Shown here: piece by piece, positions 12,660 through 23,871 of the stretch | Numbering within the stretch: position 1 is the stretch's first letter | Layout: each line of letters opens with the position of its first letter | NCBI GenBank assembly: GCA_964016885.1 | Contig: OZ024742.1 | Span: 233,368,001-233,432,000, forward strand | Length of the DNA: 64,000 bases | Source of the DNA: Eledone cirrhosa | Taxonomy: Eukaryota | Direction of reading: 5' to 3' | Notes under the pieces: generated by a model | Seen by the model: the letters and a program-made list of their open reading frames with translations, nothing else | The model's database searches: none | What the model was told of the DNA's origin: nothing | Made by a program: the position numbers and the translations under genes

Positions 12660-12763
12660 ATACATACATACATACATACATACATAATACATACATACAT
12701 ACATACATACATACATACATACATACATACATACATACATACATACATACATACATACATACA
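12659..12763. repeat. (CATA)n microsatellite
   Basis: Direct reading. Confidence 0.97.
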
Positions 12764-15605
12764 AACAGAAAGCCTGAACCAGCGTGGATGCGAAATTTAA
12801 AAACCAAAATTTTGTCCCTGAGACGAAGTATCTCACACATCGCAGTCGTTATGAAATGCAACATAGAGAGCAACTTCACACAACACCAGGAAGACCTAAA
12901 GAAAAAGTTAGAGAGAAGATTTGGAGATACAAAATTTAAAACTTTGAACTCGAAATTACACCAGTTGAAACAACAACTCACAGCTACAACAGAAAGACTA
13001 AAATATAAGTCAACAGCACATAAACGACAAGTGCTAAATAGATTGTTTGCCAGAGATCCTAAATCAGTTTATCGCAGCTTCGGTGGCAAAAGCTCAATCT
13101 CTGTAAATGACACCCCTTCAAAAGAACAGGTTGAGAGCTACTGGAGATCTGTATGGGAAACGGATGACGGATTCAACAGACAAGCTAATTGGCTAAAAGA
13201 ACTGGAACAGGACTACTGCCAACATGTCCAGACAAAACAATATTACATAGATGGGTCAATACTGGAAACAGCTCTACAGAAAATGTCGAATAGGAAATCG
13301 CCAGGCCCAGACCTCATTACAGGATACTGGTTGAAGAATTTCACTTTCTATCGGCAAGATCTCATACGGCTGTTTACAGAAACCATTAAGGGCACACAAG
13401 AACTGCCCAGATGGTTATCAACTGCCTCTACTCTCCTCATTCCCCAAAATAGCCAAACCACCCTTGCTAAAAATTACCGCCCAATTGCCTGCCAAAACAT
13501 CATGTATAAATTATATACTGGGTGCCTTAACCTGTTCTTACAGGATCACTGTGCTACCAACAACATCATAACACCTGAGCAAGCTGGTGGAAAGAGGGAG
13601 GTGTGGGGTTGCATAGATCACCTACTAACTAACAAAATGATTCAGGAAAAAACAACAAAGAATCGCAGAAACATGACTGTCGTGTGGCTGGACTATCAAA
13701 AAGCATTTGATAGTGTACCTCATGGGTGGATTGTTAAGGCTTTACAGTTAGCTAAAGTCCCACAACCATTGGTAGCTGCTGTTGAACGCCTGACCAAGAA
13801 CTGGTACACCAGTTTGATCCTTAGAGGTGAGAAGGAGCAGGTTAAGACTGATAAGATACATTACCAGAAGGGCATCTTTCAGGGTGATAGCTTGTCAGTG
13901 CTACTCTTCGTTCTCTCACTGAATCCACTATCTTACCTACTCAGGAAACAAGGTCGACAAAGAAGTGGGACCAGAAGTATCTCCCATCTTTTCTTTGTTG
14001 ATGACCTGAAGTTGTATGGGCCAAATATCAATGACATCAAGAAACAATTGGACCTCATTACACAATTTTCAACCGACATCAAAATGAAATTTGGTGAGTC
14101 CAAGTGTGCATATTTGGCAGTAAAACGTGGAAGAGCTGTGCCCTCCTCTAGAAATCTAGAGATGAACGGCCTGACAATACAACCTCTGCAGTCAGGTGAC
14201 AACTACAGATATCTTGGACAGGATGAGAATGTCAGATATGATGGACCCATAAATAAGGAGAGAACCAGAACTGAATACCTCAGAAGAGTAAAGAAAATAT
14301 GGTCATCAGAACTGTCAGCATACAACAAATACATTGCCCACAATACTTATGCTGTGCCAATTCTAACGCCAACATTTAGCCTACTGAACTGGTCATTGCA
14401 AGAACTAAGTGAGATGGATGTTAGAACTCGAAAACTTCTCAGTGTTACTGGGAACTTTAACATCAATGGTGATGTGGATAGGCTATACTTCTCACGCAAG
14501 GAAGGTGGCCGGGGTCTAAAATCAATATTAACAACATATGAGACCCGGATAGTGACACTGAAGCAACACCTTCAACAGAGGAAAAAGGTTGGCAACCATC
14601 TTGCCCAGGTTTATGACCATGAAAAAAGAAATATCATTAGAATAGCGACTGATCTGGAGGAGAGATATGGAATAAAGCCCGATAGAAATCTCTCACCCAG
14701 AGAAATCGGAAGATCCTATTCAATGTTCAAACAAGAAAAAAAAATTGACCAATTTACAGAAAAAGTTGTGCATGGATACTTGAGGCGTAAAACACAAACC
14801 ATAGAGGGGATAAACCACTCAAAAAGCCTGGCATGGAGTTCCGACAAGTTTATGACATCACACCTTGAGGGATATCTCTATGCAATACAGGAACAAGAAC
14901 TCCCTACCAAATATCTGCTGCACAAAAGAGGAGGGCCAGCAGCTGACAATAAATGTAGGCTATGTAAAACAAAGATCGAGGATGTAAGCCACATTGTTGC
15001 CAGCTGCGAAAGAATGTCATCTCGCTACTACCTCCCCATGAGACACGATGGGATAGCTAGAACCATCTGGAACGCACTTCGGAAAACAAAATCAACAACA
15101 AACGAGGAAGAATATATTGAGACAGATGGCACTAAGGAATACTGGTGGAACCTGAAAATAAAAACTGCCACCAAATTAAAGCACAACCGGCCTGATATTG
15201 TAGTTTGGGACCACACATTGAAAACGTGTTTTGTTGTGGAGATCAGCTGCCCACTTGATGTAAACGTTGTCAGAAAAATACAGGAGAAGGAGGACATCTA
15301 CGGACCATTGATGAGGAGTTTACAAATCCAGTATCCAAGATACACCTTTAGCTTCATACCCATCATTATTGGTGCTACGGGTTATATACCAACCCGCTTG
15401 GACCAAAGTATGACTGAACTTGGATTTGCGGACAAAAAGCGCAGCTCCCTAATTCATAGTCTACAAATGGCTGCGATAGCTGGCACCTTCAAAATTTTCA
15501 AAACATTCTTGCGATTCAAGGGATGACAATTTCTTTTCTTTTACAACCTTGCCACCAGGTAGGTGGCCGGTCAAAAAATATACTCAAAATTAAGAGAAAG
15601 AGAAA
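12764..15605 (+). mobile_element. R4/Dong-clade non-LTR retrotransposon (RLE type), 5'-truncated, flanked by (CATA)n on both sides
   Basis: Single long RT+RLE ORF; ~80-bp 3' UTR; (CATA)n at 12659-12763 and 15606-15652. Confidence 0.92.
12788..15526 (+). CDS. Reverse transcriptase + CCHC knuckle + restriction-like endonuclease polyprotein (912 aa, probably N-terminally truncated)
   Basis: KSPGPD, NYRPIAC, DYQKAFDSVPH, GIFQGDSLS, HLFFVDDLKLY, YRYLG, GGRGL, CRLC..EDVSHIVASC, RHD, RPDIV..D, VEISCP, KEDIY. The frame stays open upstream of the ATG (KPEPAW) to the microsatellite. Confidence 0.93.
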   Translation: MRNLKTKILSLRRSISHIAVVMKCNIESNFTQHQEDLKKKLERRFGDTKFKTLNSKLHQLKQQLTATTERLKYKSTAHKRQVLNRLFARDPKSVYRSFGGKSSISVNDTPSKEQVESYWRSVWETDDGFNRQANWLKELEQDYCQHVQTKQYYIDGSILETALQKMSNRKSPGPDLITGYWLKNFTFYRQDLIRLFTETIKGTQELPRWLSTASTLLIPQNSQTTLAKNYRPIACQNIMYKLYTGCLNLFLQDHCATNNIITPEQAGGKREVWGCIDHLLTNKMIQEKTTKNRRNMTVVWLDYQKAFDSVPHGWIVKALQLAKVPQPLVAAVERLTKNWYTSLILRGEKEQVKTDKIHYQKGIFQGDSLSVLLFVLSLNPLSYLLRKQGRQRSGTRSISHLFFVDDLKLYGPNINDIKKQLDLITQFSTDIKMKFGESKCAYLAVKRGRAVPSSRNLEMNGLTIQPLQSGDNYRYLGQDENVRYDGPINKERTRTEYLRRVKKIWSSELSAYNKYIAHNTYAVPILTPTFSLLNWSLQELSEMDVRTRKLLSVTGNFNINGDVDRLYFSRKEGGRGLKSILTTYETRIVTLKQHLQQRKKVGNHLAQVYDHEKRNIIRIATDLEERYGIKPDRNLSPREIGRSYSMFKQEKKIDQFTEKVVHGYLRRKTQTIEGINHSKSLAWSSDKFMTSHLEGYLYAIQEQELPTKYLLHKRGGPAADNKCRLCKTKIEDVSHIVASCERMSSRYYLPMRHDGIARTIWNALRKTKSTTNEEEYIETDGTKEYWWNLKIKTATKLKHNRPDIVVWDHTLKTCFVVEISCPLDVNVVRKIQEKEDIYGPLMRSLQIQYPRYTFSFIPIIIGATGYIPTRLDQSMTELGFADKKRSSLIHSLQMAAIAGTFKIFKTFLRFKG

Positions 15606-16050
15606 ACATACATACATACATACATACATACATACATACATACATACATACATGTATCGGATATATTGACAGCTCAGGTTATCTATAGAATTAGAGAATA
15701 AAGCGTTTTGACATGAAATATTGTCCATATAGAAACAAACAAGTTCAATGTCTGTCAAGCTAGTTAACCATAGAATTGACATTTATTATTCATGAAGTTT
15801 TAATCATAAATTACCATATATTCTCTAATATTGTCTATTCACGGATCATACCTTAATAAGCATACAACATCCTAAGTTGTACAGATAATGTATGTAATTT
15901 CAGTATATATATATACACACACAGATATCCACGGTAAGTTGTGGGGTCTAGTCTGCATGAAGAACTCAATGTAATCCATATGTTGAAAATGTTGTAGGTT
16001 AGAATAAATCCCGGAAAACAATAAAACATTAAAAGGAAAACAGAGTCATG

Positions 16051-16391
16051 ATATAAGTTAAGACAATGAAATAAAAAATCAAGTCATTGGAAATATACTT
16101 CACTGCTTTACGATCGTTTCTAGGTGAATATAATACATTGTAACTATTCTTCGTTATCGATCTATGTAATGTTAGTTACAAAATATCAGATAAAGAGAAT
16201 ATTTACTTACATGCATATCATCAGCTGTTGTCATTATTATTGCTTTTGACATCTGATATTTTGTAACTAACCTTACATAGATCGATAACGAAGTATAGTT
16301 ACAATGTATTATCATCACCTAGAAACGATCGTAAAGCAGTGAAGTATATCTCTAATGACTTGATTTTTTATTTCATTGTTTTAACTTATAT
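16051..16391. repeat. ~140-bp-arm inverted repeat with ~60-bp spacer
   Basis: 16051-16191 versus the reverse complement of 16251-16391, with only a few mismatches. Confidence 0.93.
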
Positions 16392-16523
16392 ATATACCCC
16401 CCCCCCTCTCCACACACACACATTGTTGTCTCTGGTAGAGACGAAGCGAGAGTGTATTTGAACTCATAGGAAAATGAGAAAACTCATCGCCAGAATAGCT
16501 GTTAAAACAACTAAATATTTAAA

Positions 16524-18671
16524 ATGGCGGTGATGGAGAAAAAGGCTTCAGAGGACAGAGACCAGCGGCCAGTGGTCAACAGAGAGATTATCCACAAGGT
16601 AGGTGACTGGCAGATGATATATAATGTCTCAGAGGACAGAGACCAGCGGCCAGTGGTCAACAGAGAGACAATCCACAAGGTAGGTGACAGGCAGATGATA
16701 TATAATGTCTCAGAGGACAGAGACCAGCGGCCAGTGGTCAACAGAGAGACAATCCACAAGGTAGGTGACAGGCAGATGATATATAATGTCTCAGAGGACA
16801 GAGACCAGCGGCCAGTGGTCAACAGAGAGACAATCCACAAGGTAGGTGACAGGCAGATGATATATAATGTCTCAGAGGACAGAGACCAGCGGCCAGTGGT
16901 CAACAGAGAGACAATCCACAAGGTGGGTGACAGGCAGATGATATATAATGTCTCAGAGGACACAGACCAGTGGCCAGTGGTCAACAGAGAGACAATCCAC
17001 AAGGTGGGTGACTGGCAGATGATATATAATGTCTCAGAGGACAGAGACCAGCGGCCAGTGGTCAACAGAGAGACAATCCACAAGGTAGGTGACAGGCAGA
17101 TGATATATAATGTCTCAGAGGACAGAGACCAGCGGCCAGTGGTCAACAGAGAGACAATCCACAAGGTAGGTGACAGGCAGATGATATATAATGTCTCAGA
17201 GGACAGAGACCAGCGGCCAGTGGTCAACAGAGAGACAATCCACAAGGTAGGTGACAGGCAGATGATATATAATGTCTCAGAGGACAGAGACCAGCGGCCA
17301 GTGGTCAACAGAGAGACAATCCACAAGGTAGGTGACAGGCAGATGATATATAATGTCTCAGAGGACAGAGACCAGCGGCCAGTGGTCAACAGAGAGACAA
17401 TCCACAAGGTAGGTGACAGGCAGATGATATATAATGTCTCAGAGGACAGAGACCAGCGGCCAGTGGTCAACAGAGAGACAATCCACAAGGTAGGTGACAG
17501 GCAGATGATATATAATGTCTCAGAGGACAGAGACCAGCGGCCAGTGGTCAACAGAGAGACAATCCACAAGGTAGGTGACAGGCAGATGATATATAATGTC
17601 TCAGAGGACAGAGACCAGCGGCCAGTGGTCAACAGAGAGACAATCCACAAGGTGGGTGACAGGCAGATGATATATAATGTCTCAGAGGACACAGACCAGT
17701 GGCCAGTGGTCAACAGAGAGACAATCCACAAGGTGGGTGACTGGCAGATGATATATAATGTCTCAGAGGACAGAGACCAGCGGCCAGTGGTCAACAGAGA
17801 GACAATCCACAAGGTAGGTGACAGGCAGATGATATATAATGTCTCAGAGGACAGAGACCAGCGGCCAGTGGTCAACAGAGAGACAATCCACAAGGTAGGT
17901 GACAGGCAGATGATATATAATGTCTCAGAGGACAGAGACCAGCGGCCAGTGGTCAACAGAGAGACAATCCACAAGGTGGGTGACAGGCAGATGATATATA
18001 ATGTCTCAGAGGACACAGACCAGTGGCCAGTGGTCAACAGAGAGACAATCCACAAGGTGGGTGACTGGCAGATGATATATAATGTCTCAGAGGACAGAGA
18101 CCAGCGGCCAGTGGTCAACAGAGAGACAATCCACAAGGTAGGTGACAGGCAGATGATATATAATGTCTCAGAGGACAGAGACCAGCGGCCAGTGGTCAAC
18201 AGAGAGACAATCCACAAGGTAGGTGACAGGCAGATGATATATAATGTCTCAGAGGACAGAGACCAGCGGCCAGTGGTCAACAGAGAGACAATCCACAAGG
18301 TAGGTGACAGGCAGATGATATATAATGTCTCAGAGGACAGAGACCAGCGGCCAGTGGTCAACAGAGAGACAATCCACAAGGTAGGTGACAGGCAGATGAT
18401 ATATAATGTCTCAGAGGACAGAGACCAGCGGCCAGTGGTCAACAGAGAGACAATCCACAAGGTGGGTGACAGGCAGATGATATATAATGTCTCAGAGGAC
18501 AGAGACCAGCGGCCAGTGGTCAACAGAGAGACAATCCACAAGGTAGGTGACAGGCAGATGATATATAATGTCTCAGAGGACAGAGACCAGCGGCCAGTGG
18601 TCAACAGAGAGACAATCCACAAGGTAGGTGACAGGCAGATGATATATAATGTCTCAGAGGACACAGACTAG
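16524..18671 (+). CDS. Hypothetical 27-aa-repeat protein (715 aa); coding status unproven
   Basis: ATG lies in unique flank (AAAATGGCG), in frame with 26 x SEDRDQRPVVNRETIHKVGDRQMIYNV; stop in unit 27. May simply reflect a stop-free unit whose length is divisible by 3. Confidence 0.25.
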   Translation: MAVMEKKASEDRDQRPVVNREIIHKVGDWQMIYNVSEDRDQRPVVNRETIHKVGDRQMIYNVSEDRDQRPVVNRETIHKVGDRQMIYNVSEDRDQRPVVNRETIHKVGDRQMIYNVSEDRDQRPVVNRETIHKVGDRQMIYNVSEDTDQWPVVNRETIHKVGDWQMIYNVSEDRDQRPVVNRETIHKVGDRQMIYNVSEDRDQRPVVNRETIHKVGDRQMIYNVSEDRDQRPVVNRETIHKVGDRQMIYNVSEDRDQRPVVNRETIHKVGDRQMIYNVSEDRDQRPVVNRETIHKVGDRQMIYNVSEDRDQRPVVNRETIHKVGDRQMIYNVSEDRDQRPVVNRETIHKVGDRQMIYNVSEDRDQRPVVNRETIHKVGDRQMIYNVSEDTDQWPVVNRETIHKVGDWQMIYNVSEDRDQRPVVNRETIHKVGDRQMIYNVSEDRDQRPVVNRETIHKVGDRQMIYNVSEDRDQRPVVNRETIHKVGDRQMIYNVSEDTDQWPVVNRETIHKVGDWQMIYNVSEDRDQRPVVNRETIHKVGDRQMIYNVSEDRDQRPVVNRETIHKVGDRQMIYNVSEDRDQRPVVNRETIHKVGDRQMIYNVSEDRDQRPVVNRETIHKVGDRQMIYNVSEDRDQRPVVNRETIHKVGDRQMIYNVSEDRDQRPVVNRETIHKVGDRQMIYNVSEDRDQRPVVNRETIHKVGDRQMIYNVSEDTD

Positions 18672-18780
18672 CGGTCAGTGGTCAACAGAGAGACAATCCA
18701 CAAGGTAGGTGACAGGCAGATGATATATAATGTCTCAGAGGACAGAGACCAGCGGTCAGTGGTCAACAGAGAGACAATCC
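16548..18780. repeat. 81-bp minisatellite, 27 full units plus a partial 28th
   Basis: Unit TCAGAGGACAGAGACCAGCGGCCAGTGGTCAACAGAGAGACAATCCACAAGGTAGGTGACAGGCAGATGATATATAATGTC; variant units 6, 15 and 19. Confidence 0.98.
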
Positions 18781-19035
18781 TCGACGTACGTGACTGGTAA
18801 ATTAAATATAAAAATGATTAAGAGAAGGAGAGAACAGAAGTGTGCGTGTGTTTATGTGTGTATCTGTGTGTGTGTGTGTGTGTGTGTATGTGGTGTGTGT
18901 GATTGTGTGTGTGTTAGTGCGTGTATGTGTGCATATTCACGCGAATTAATAGCTAGCCACACAATAATAAAAGCAGTCATATATATCACGTTACACTTGG
19001 AAAGATACGCCTTCGCTGTTAAGAATAGCTTCCTG

Positions 19036-19255
19036 ATTATTGGTTTCTTATTAGACACAAGGCCAGCAATTTTGGGGTAGGGGAAAGTCGATTAAATCGA
19101 CCTAGTGCGTGACTGGCACTTTATTTTATCGACCCCGTAAGGATGAAAGGCATAGTTAATCTCGGCGGGATTTGAACTCAGATCATAAAAGACCGTGACT
19201 CTATGCTGCAAAGCATGGCATCCAACACTCTACCGATACTGTCAATCCACGGCCT
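19036..19255 (-). mobile_element. tRNA-headed SINE flanked by an ~86-bp direct duplication
   Basis: Full reverse-strand copy; flanks 18950-19035 and 19256-19345 are near-identical. Confidence 0.92.
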
Positions 19256-20744
19256 TAGCTAGCTACACAATAATAAAAGCAGTCATATATATATATCACG
19301 TTACACTTGGAAAGATACGCCTTCGTTGTTAAGAATAGCTTCCTGGTTAATAAAATGAACAAATTCATTAAAGTACGTGCTACGTCGTGTTGTTATAATT
19401 ATTACTAGTTCTTTAACATAATACATATTTCTATTGCGGAAAAGTGTCTTGAAACGGAGAAGTTGAAAGATGGTATAAATACTGATATTCTTTATTCATT
19501 TAGATTTAAATTCAGATCTAAATATCTTAGTATAACATTGCAGCAATAATGATTCCATACAGGAAAACAACGTGAATATATCTAGCCAACGAGAAATCTC
19601 AATGGGATCGTTCGACCTGCTATAAAAAGAATCTAAATCTAACTTGTAAAGCAGTTTTATGTCTTAACATAATATCTTGTAACAATAACGTAATCCTAGA
19701 TACTCCTAATAAGTCGAGATGCTCATGGCTAGAATACCTGCATTGATGGGTCTTTTAGATCAAGTCTAATCGGTTCCTAAATAGCGAATTCAGCATGAAT
19801 ATATGGTCTGGTTTTAACTATGATTGTAAAGCTCACTCATTCGCACAAAGAATAAAAATTGCACTGATCAATTATTGAACAGTTACGGGAAAATTTTGTC
19901 TAAATCTATATGTTACAATTTACAATTATTCTAATTCATCGACATTTTTTTTTCTTAATCTCATATACATAGCCAATATTGCACTAAACTATATAAGAGA
20001 ATGCTGCTTGCGTGTTCAGAAAATAGAAGCATAAGGAAAGAGCTGTCAGTTGACAGCCATTTCAGTAAATCACTCTATTGTGCAATTCAAAATCCCTTTG
20101 ATAGTAAGATGTTATAGTACCGTGACCCAGTTACAAGATTTAGAACAGATGTTTTGAGATTTAGAATAATTTTGAGGATTTCTCCATCATTGTCCTAGTT
20201 TAACGTATATTTACAAAGCGCAATACTTTCAAGCGAGTCATTCTTTAATTCTTGTATTCAATGAACTTCGTGATTGGACTACGTACTCATATAGTATTTC
20301 AGTGACCATCGTTTTATGGTCTGATTTTAACTATGATTGTAATGCTCGCTTTTTATTACTTGCGACAATACAATACATTTGGCGGGAATCGAAAGTAATG
20401 TATTTCACTTTCTCTGTTTATATGATACTGATTTTTATTCGATGAGAGAATAACTTATATGTTGTGACATTTATACGCTTCCCTATGGGATTAGTTGTGT
20501 AAAGAAAAGACAGTCATTTCAACTGACTATTAATATTTCACATTAGACTCGGCTTTATGGTATTTATTTTACTGTGGTTCAACATCTGCTACTCCATATA
20601 TTATCAATATATATTTCACTGTCTCGGATATGGCAAAATGTAATTCTTTGGCTTATGAATCATATGAATAATAACTTTTTTATCTTTGAAATGTGGAGCT
20701 GAACTATGGTTGCTGTCGTCTTGTAGTAGCTATATAGTACATCA

Positions 20745-20920
20745 AAATAATTCTTTCTAATATTGGCCAACAAATTTGGGAAAGAGGAACGTCGATTATA
20801 TCAATGTTAGTACTTAACTACTACTTTGTTTTATTGGCCCTGGATGGCTGAAAGGCAAAGTTAACCTCAGTGGAATTTGAACCCAATCAGTTTATTTGAC
20901 GCTCTAACGACTCTGCTAAA
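20745..20920 (-). mobile_element. Diverged SINE copy
   Basis: TGAAAGGCAAAGTTAACCTCAGTGGAATTTGAAC. Confidence 0.75.
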
Positions 20921-20967
20921 CCACTGCACCTAGTACACCTAAATAATGAAGAAATGGAAAGAATGAC

Positions 20968-20968
<1 letters not shown>

Positions 20969-20998
<30 letters not shown>

Positions 20999-22330
20999 CT
21001 TCTTCTTCTTCTTCTTCTTCTTCTTCTTCTTCTTCTTCTTCTTCTTCTTCTTCTTCTTCTTCTTCTTCTTCTTCTTCTTCGCGCTCTTAATCCTGGGAGG
21101 GTCCTGGGGGTAGAGTCTACAAACACTCCTTCTAGCGGGTCCTGTCAGAAGCAACCAACTCAAAATGATCCGGCTAGATTCCCAAGCGAGTTCAGCCAAG
21201 CTCATGGATATTATTCAACCATCTTGCTCAGAGTCTACCCCTGGGTCTCCTGCTGACTGGATTTGGTCATAAAATCTGTCCAGCGATTCTAAGACATTCT
21301 AACCAAATGTCCATACTATAGGAGCTCTGATTTCTCAATTCGGAGAAGTAGCAGCTCTCCCTGGAGTGACTCTCTCATCTCTAAAGACCCTTCGGAGGAA
21401 CCCCATTTCGGCCGCTGATATTCGAAATCGTATTCTTTCGATCATTACCCAAGATTCATGACCATAGGTGAGAGTTGGTACGAATACCAAATGAAGGATA
21501 GCGAGTTTGACTTTTACACCCACCTCTCTTCTTCTGATTACTGAATGCAGAAGCTGGTGCATTATTTCACCAGTTTCTGCAATTTCCGCATCAAACCTAT
21601 CAAGAGGAAATCGGAGATCACCCTCTGTCATCTTAAGTAACACCATATCGTCTGCAAATTCCAGCCTATTGATTTTACATCTACCAGTTGTGATACAACT
21701 TCCAACCCGGCTGCGCATCTCAATCCTGTTCATGAACATAATGAACAGGAGAGGTGACAGTATGCACTCTGGGCGGAATCCGACTCCCACATTGAATCGT
21801 TTCGATTAAGCACCATTTATCCGAACATAAATACTTGGGCATTTATTTAGAGACATCAGGGCAGCAATGAGCTGAGCGTCGATCCCATGCTCTTGCAGAA
21901 CTTTTCACATCAGGTCCCGAGGTACGCATTCATATGCCTTTCCAAGGTCAACAAAACAAAAATATACATCTTGGCAATACTCCCACGATTTCTCGAAGAC
22001 CTGCCGCAGTGTGAATATTTGGTCGGCTATGCTATGTCCAGGGCGAAAGCCACACTGTTAATCATAAAACATGGACTCGACAATCTCCTTGCATCTCTTT
22101 GCATGACACCTACTAAGGAAGCTTAACAGGGAGCTCCCTCTGTAATTGGAGCAATCTGTCTTGTTCCCCTTTTAGAAAATTGGGACTATCACTCTCAATT
22201 GCCATTGCTTAGGTGCCTTTCCAGAGATCTAGGTCACCCGGCACACACAAGTCAACCAGAGAATACCTTCTCTATTTAAGGCTTTTAACATCTCGGATCG
22301 GATTTCATCTTCCCCAGCGGCCTTGCCAGA
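20969..22330 (-). mobile_element. 5'-truncated RTE LINE with internal deletions and (AAG)n tail; same family as 9133-10130
   Basis: CILSPLLF, FADDMVL, PTLTYGHESW, AAEMGFLRR; (TTC)n at 20969-21080 abuts the 3' end; 21590-22330 aligns with 9250-9975. Confidence 0.9.
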
Positions 22331-22334
22331 TTTA

Positions 22335-22462
22335 ATCGACCCCGTAAGGATGAAAGGCAAAGTTAACCTCGGCGGGATTTGAACTCAGACCTTAAAGGGC
22401 CGTGACTCTAGGCTGCAAAGCATGGGGTCTGACCCTCTACGGATACTGCCAACGCAGCGCCC

Positions 22463-22465
<3 letters not shown>
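22335..22465 (-). mobile_element. SINE 5' half
   Basis: ATCGACCCCGTAAGGATGAAAGGCAAAGTTAACCTCGGCGGGATTTGAACTCAG..GATACTGCCAA. Confidence 0.88.
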
Positions 22466-22725
<260 letters not shown>

Positions 22726-22973
22726 ATAAATCTACCACTCAATGGTAGGGTCTACATCTACATGTATATACATATATATATTATATATTACAATACAATA
22801 TTCATGAACCAAAACATTTCGCGTCGTTTACAATTTTTAGTGGAACATGATGTGTGCGTTGTATTATTTTTATCTGATTCTTTGAAGTACAGGTGAAACT
22901 ATTGTTGGCTGAAATTGAATGATTAACATACATACATGTTTACACATACACGCACGAGCACACACACACAGAT

Positions 22974-23020
<47 letters not shown>

Positions 23021-23159
23021 GCGTGTGTTTAATAAAAACTCATACATATAGACACAACAACCCACATATACTCTATCGAGACTGAAAAATCTAATAGATA
23101 AATATGACACACAGACACACACACTCACTCACACACACACACATCTCTCTCTTTCCCTT

Positions 23160-23194
<35 letters not shown>

Positions 23195-23765
23195 CCATCT
23201 CTTTCTCTTCCTCTCATGCATACACGCGTACACACACACGCGCACACATATACATACACTTCATACTTATTAAAGCAGATTAATGTTTAGAAAGAAAAAT
23301 ACATTGGCCTGAATGATATAATAGTAACTGAGAAAGATACGCTCAGATGAATAGATATAGAATATAGATAATGTAGATGTATAATATATATATATATGAC
23401 AACTATGAAGTTTTTCTCTCAACTAATATTATCTGCTCTCCATTTATTAATCAACGTTTTGTAGAAGTGTATTTTTTATTTTCAAAAGCAAACTGGATTA
23501 TCCTATTTAATTAGTGCTGTTTTAAATTTATTTTTATCCCTGTAGTTTTAGTAACAGTGTTTATCATAAATATGCAATTTGAGTGTATCTTTTAGGTTTT
23601 ATACTATTTTTATTGCTGTTGTTATAGTTGTTGGTATCATCGTTGTTTTGTTATAATTACTGTTCCTAGTGTTGATGTCATTGTTGATGTGCTGTCTGAT
23701 TCCGTTAGTATTGTTACAGTTGTTGCTTCTGTTGCTATTGTTGTCCATGTTGTTATTGCAGGATG

Positions 23766-23871
23766 TTAGCTCTTCCAATTTAAAACCCGTTGTCCAACCA
23801 TCAGTAATATGGCTGATGTAATTGTCAACAACAACGTCAAGTTGACCTTGCATTCATCTTTATGATTCTTG
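23766..23871 (-). CDS. Possible terminal coding exon (KNHKDECKVNLTLLLTITSAILLMVGQRVLNWKS*)
   Basis: Strong acceptor TTTTTTCATTTCCTCCCGTTTCAG; open frame with a hydrophobic C-terminal stretch; no recognised homolog. Confidence 0.3.

Noticed and set aside
13933-15297. Antisense ORFs within the R4 element (also those opposite the RTE fragments)
   Set aside because: Shadow frames of retroelement coding sequence with no independent motifs.
16511-18664. 717-aa minus-strand hydrophobic repeat protein
   Set aside because: Starts at a non-ATG codon inside the array; openness follows from a stop-free 81-bp unit.
16548-18780. CRISPR array
   Set aside because: Units are contiguous and near-identical with no unique spacers; no cas genes; eukaryotic context.
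16548-18780. C2H2 zinc-finger array
   Set aside because: The period is 27 aa, not 28, and neither long open frame gives C-x2-C...H-x3-H or TGEKP.
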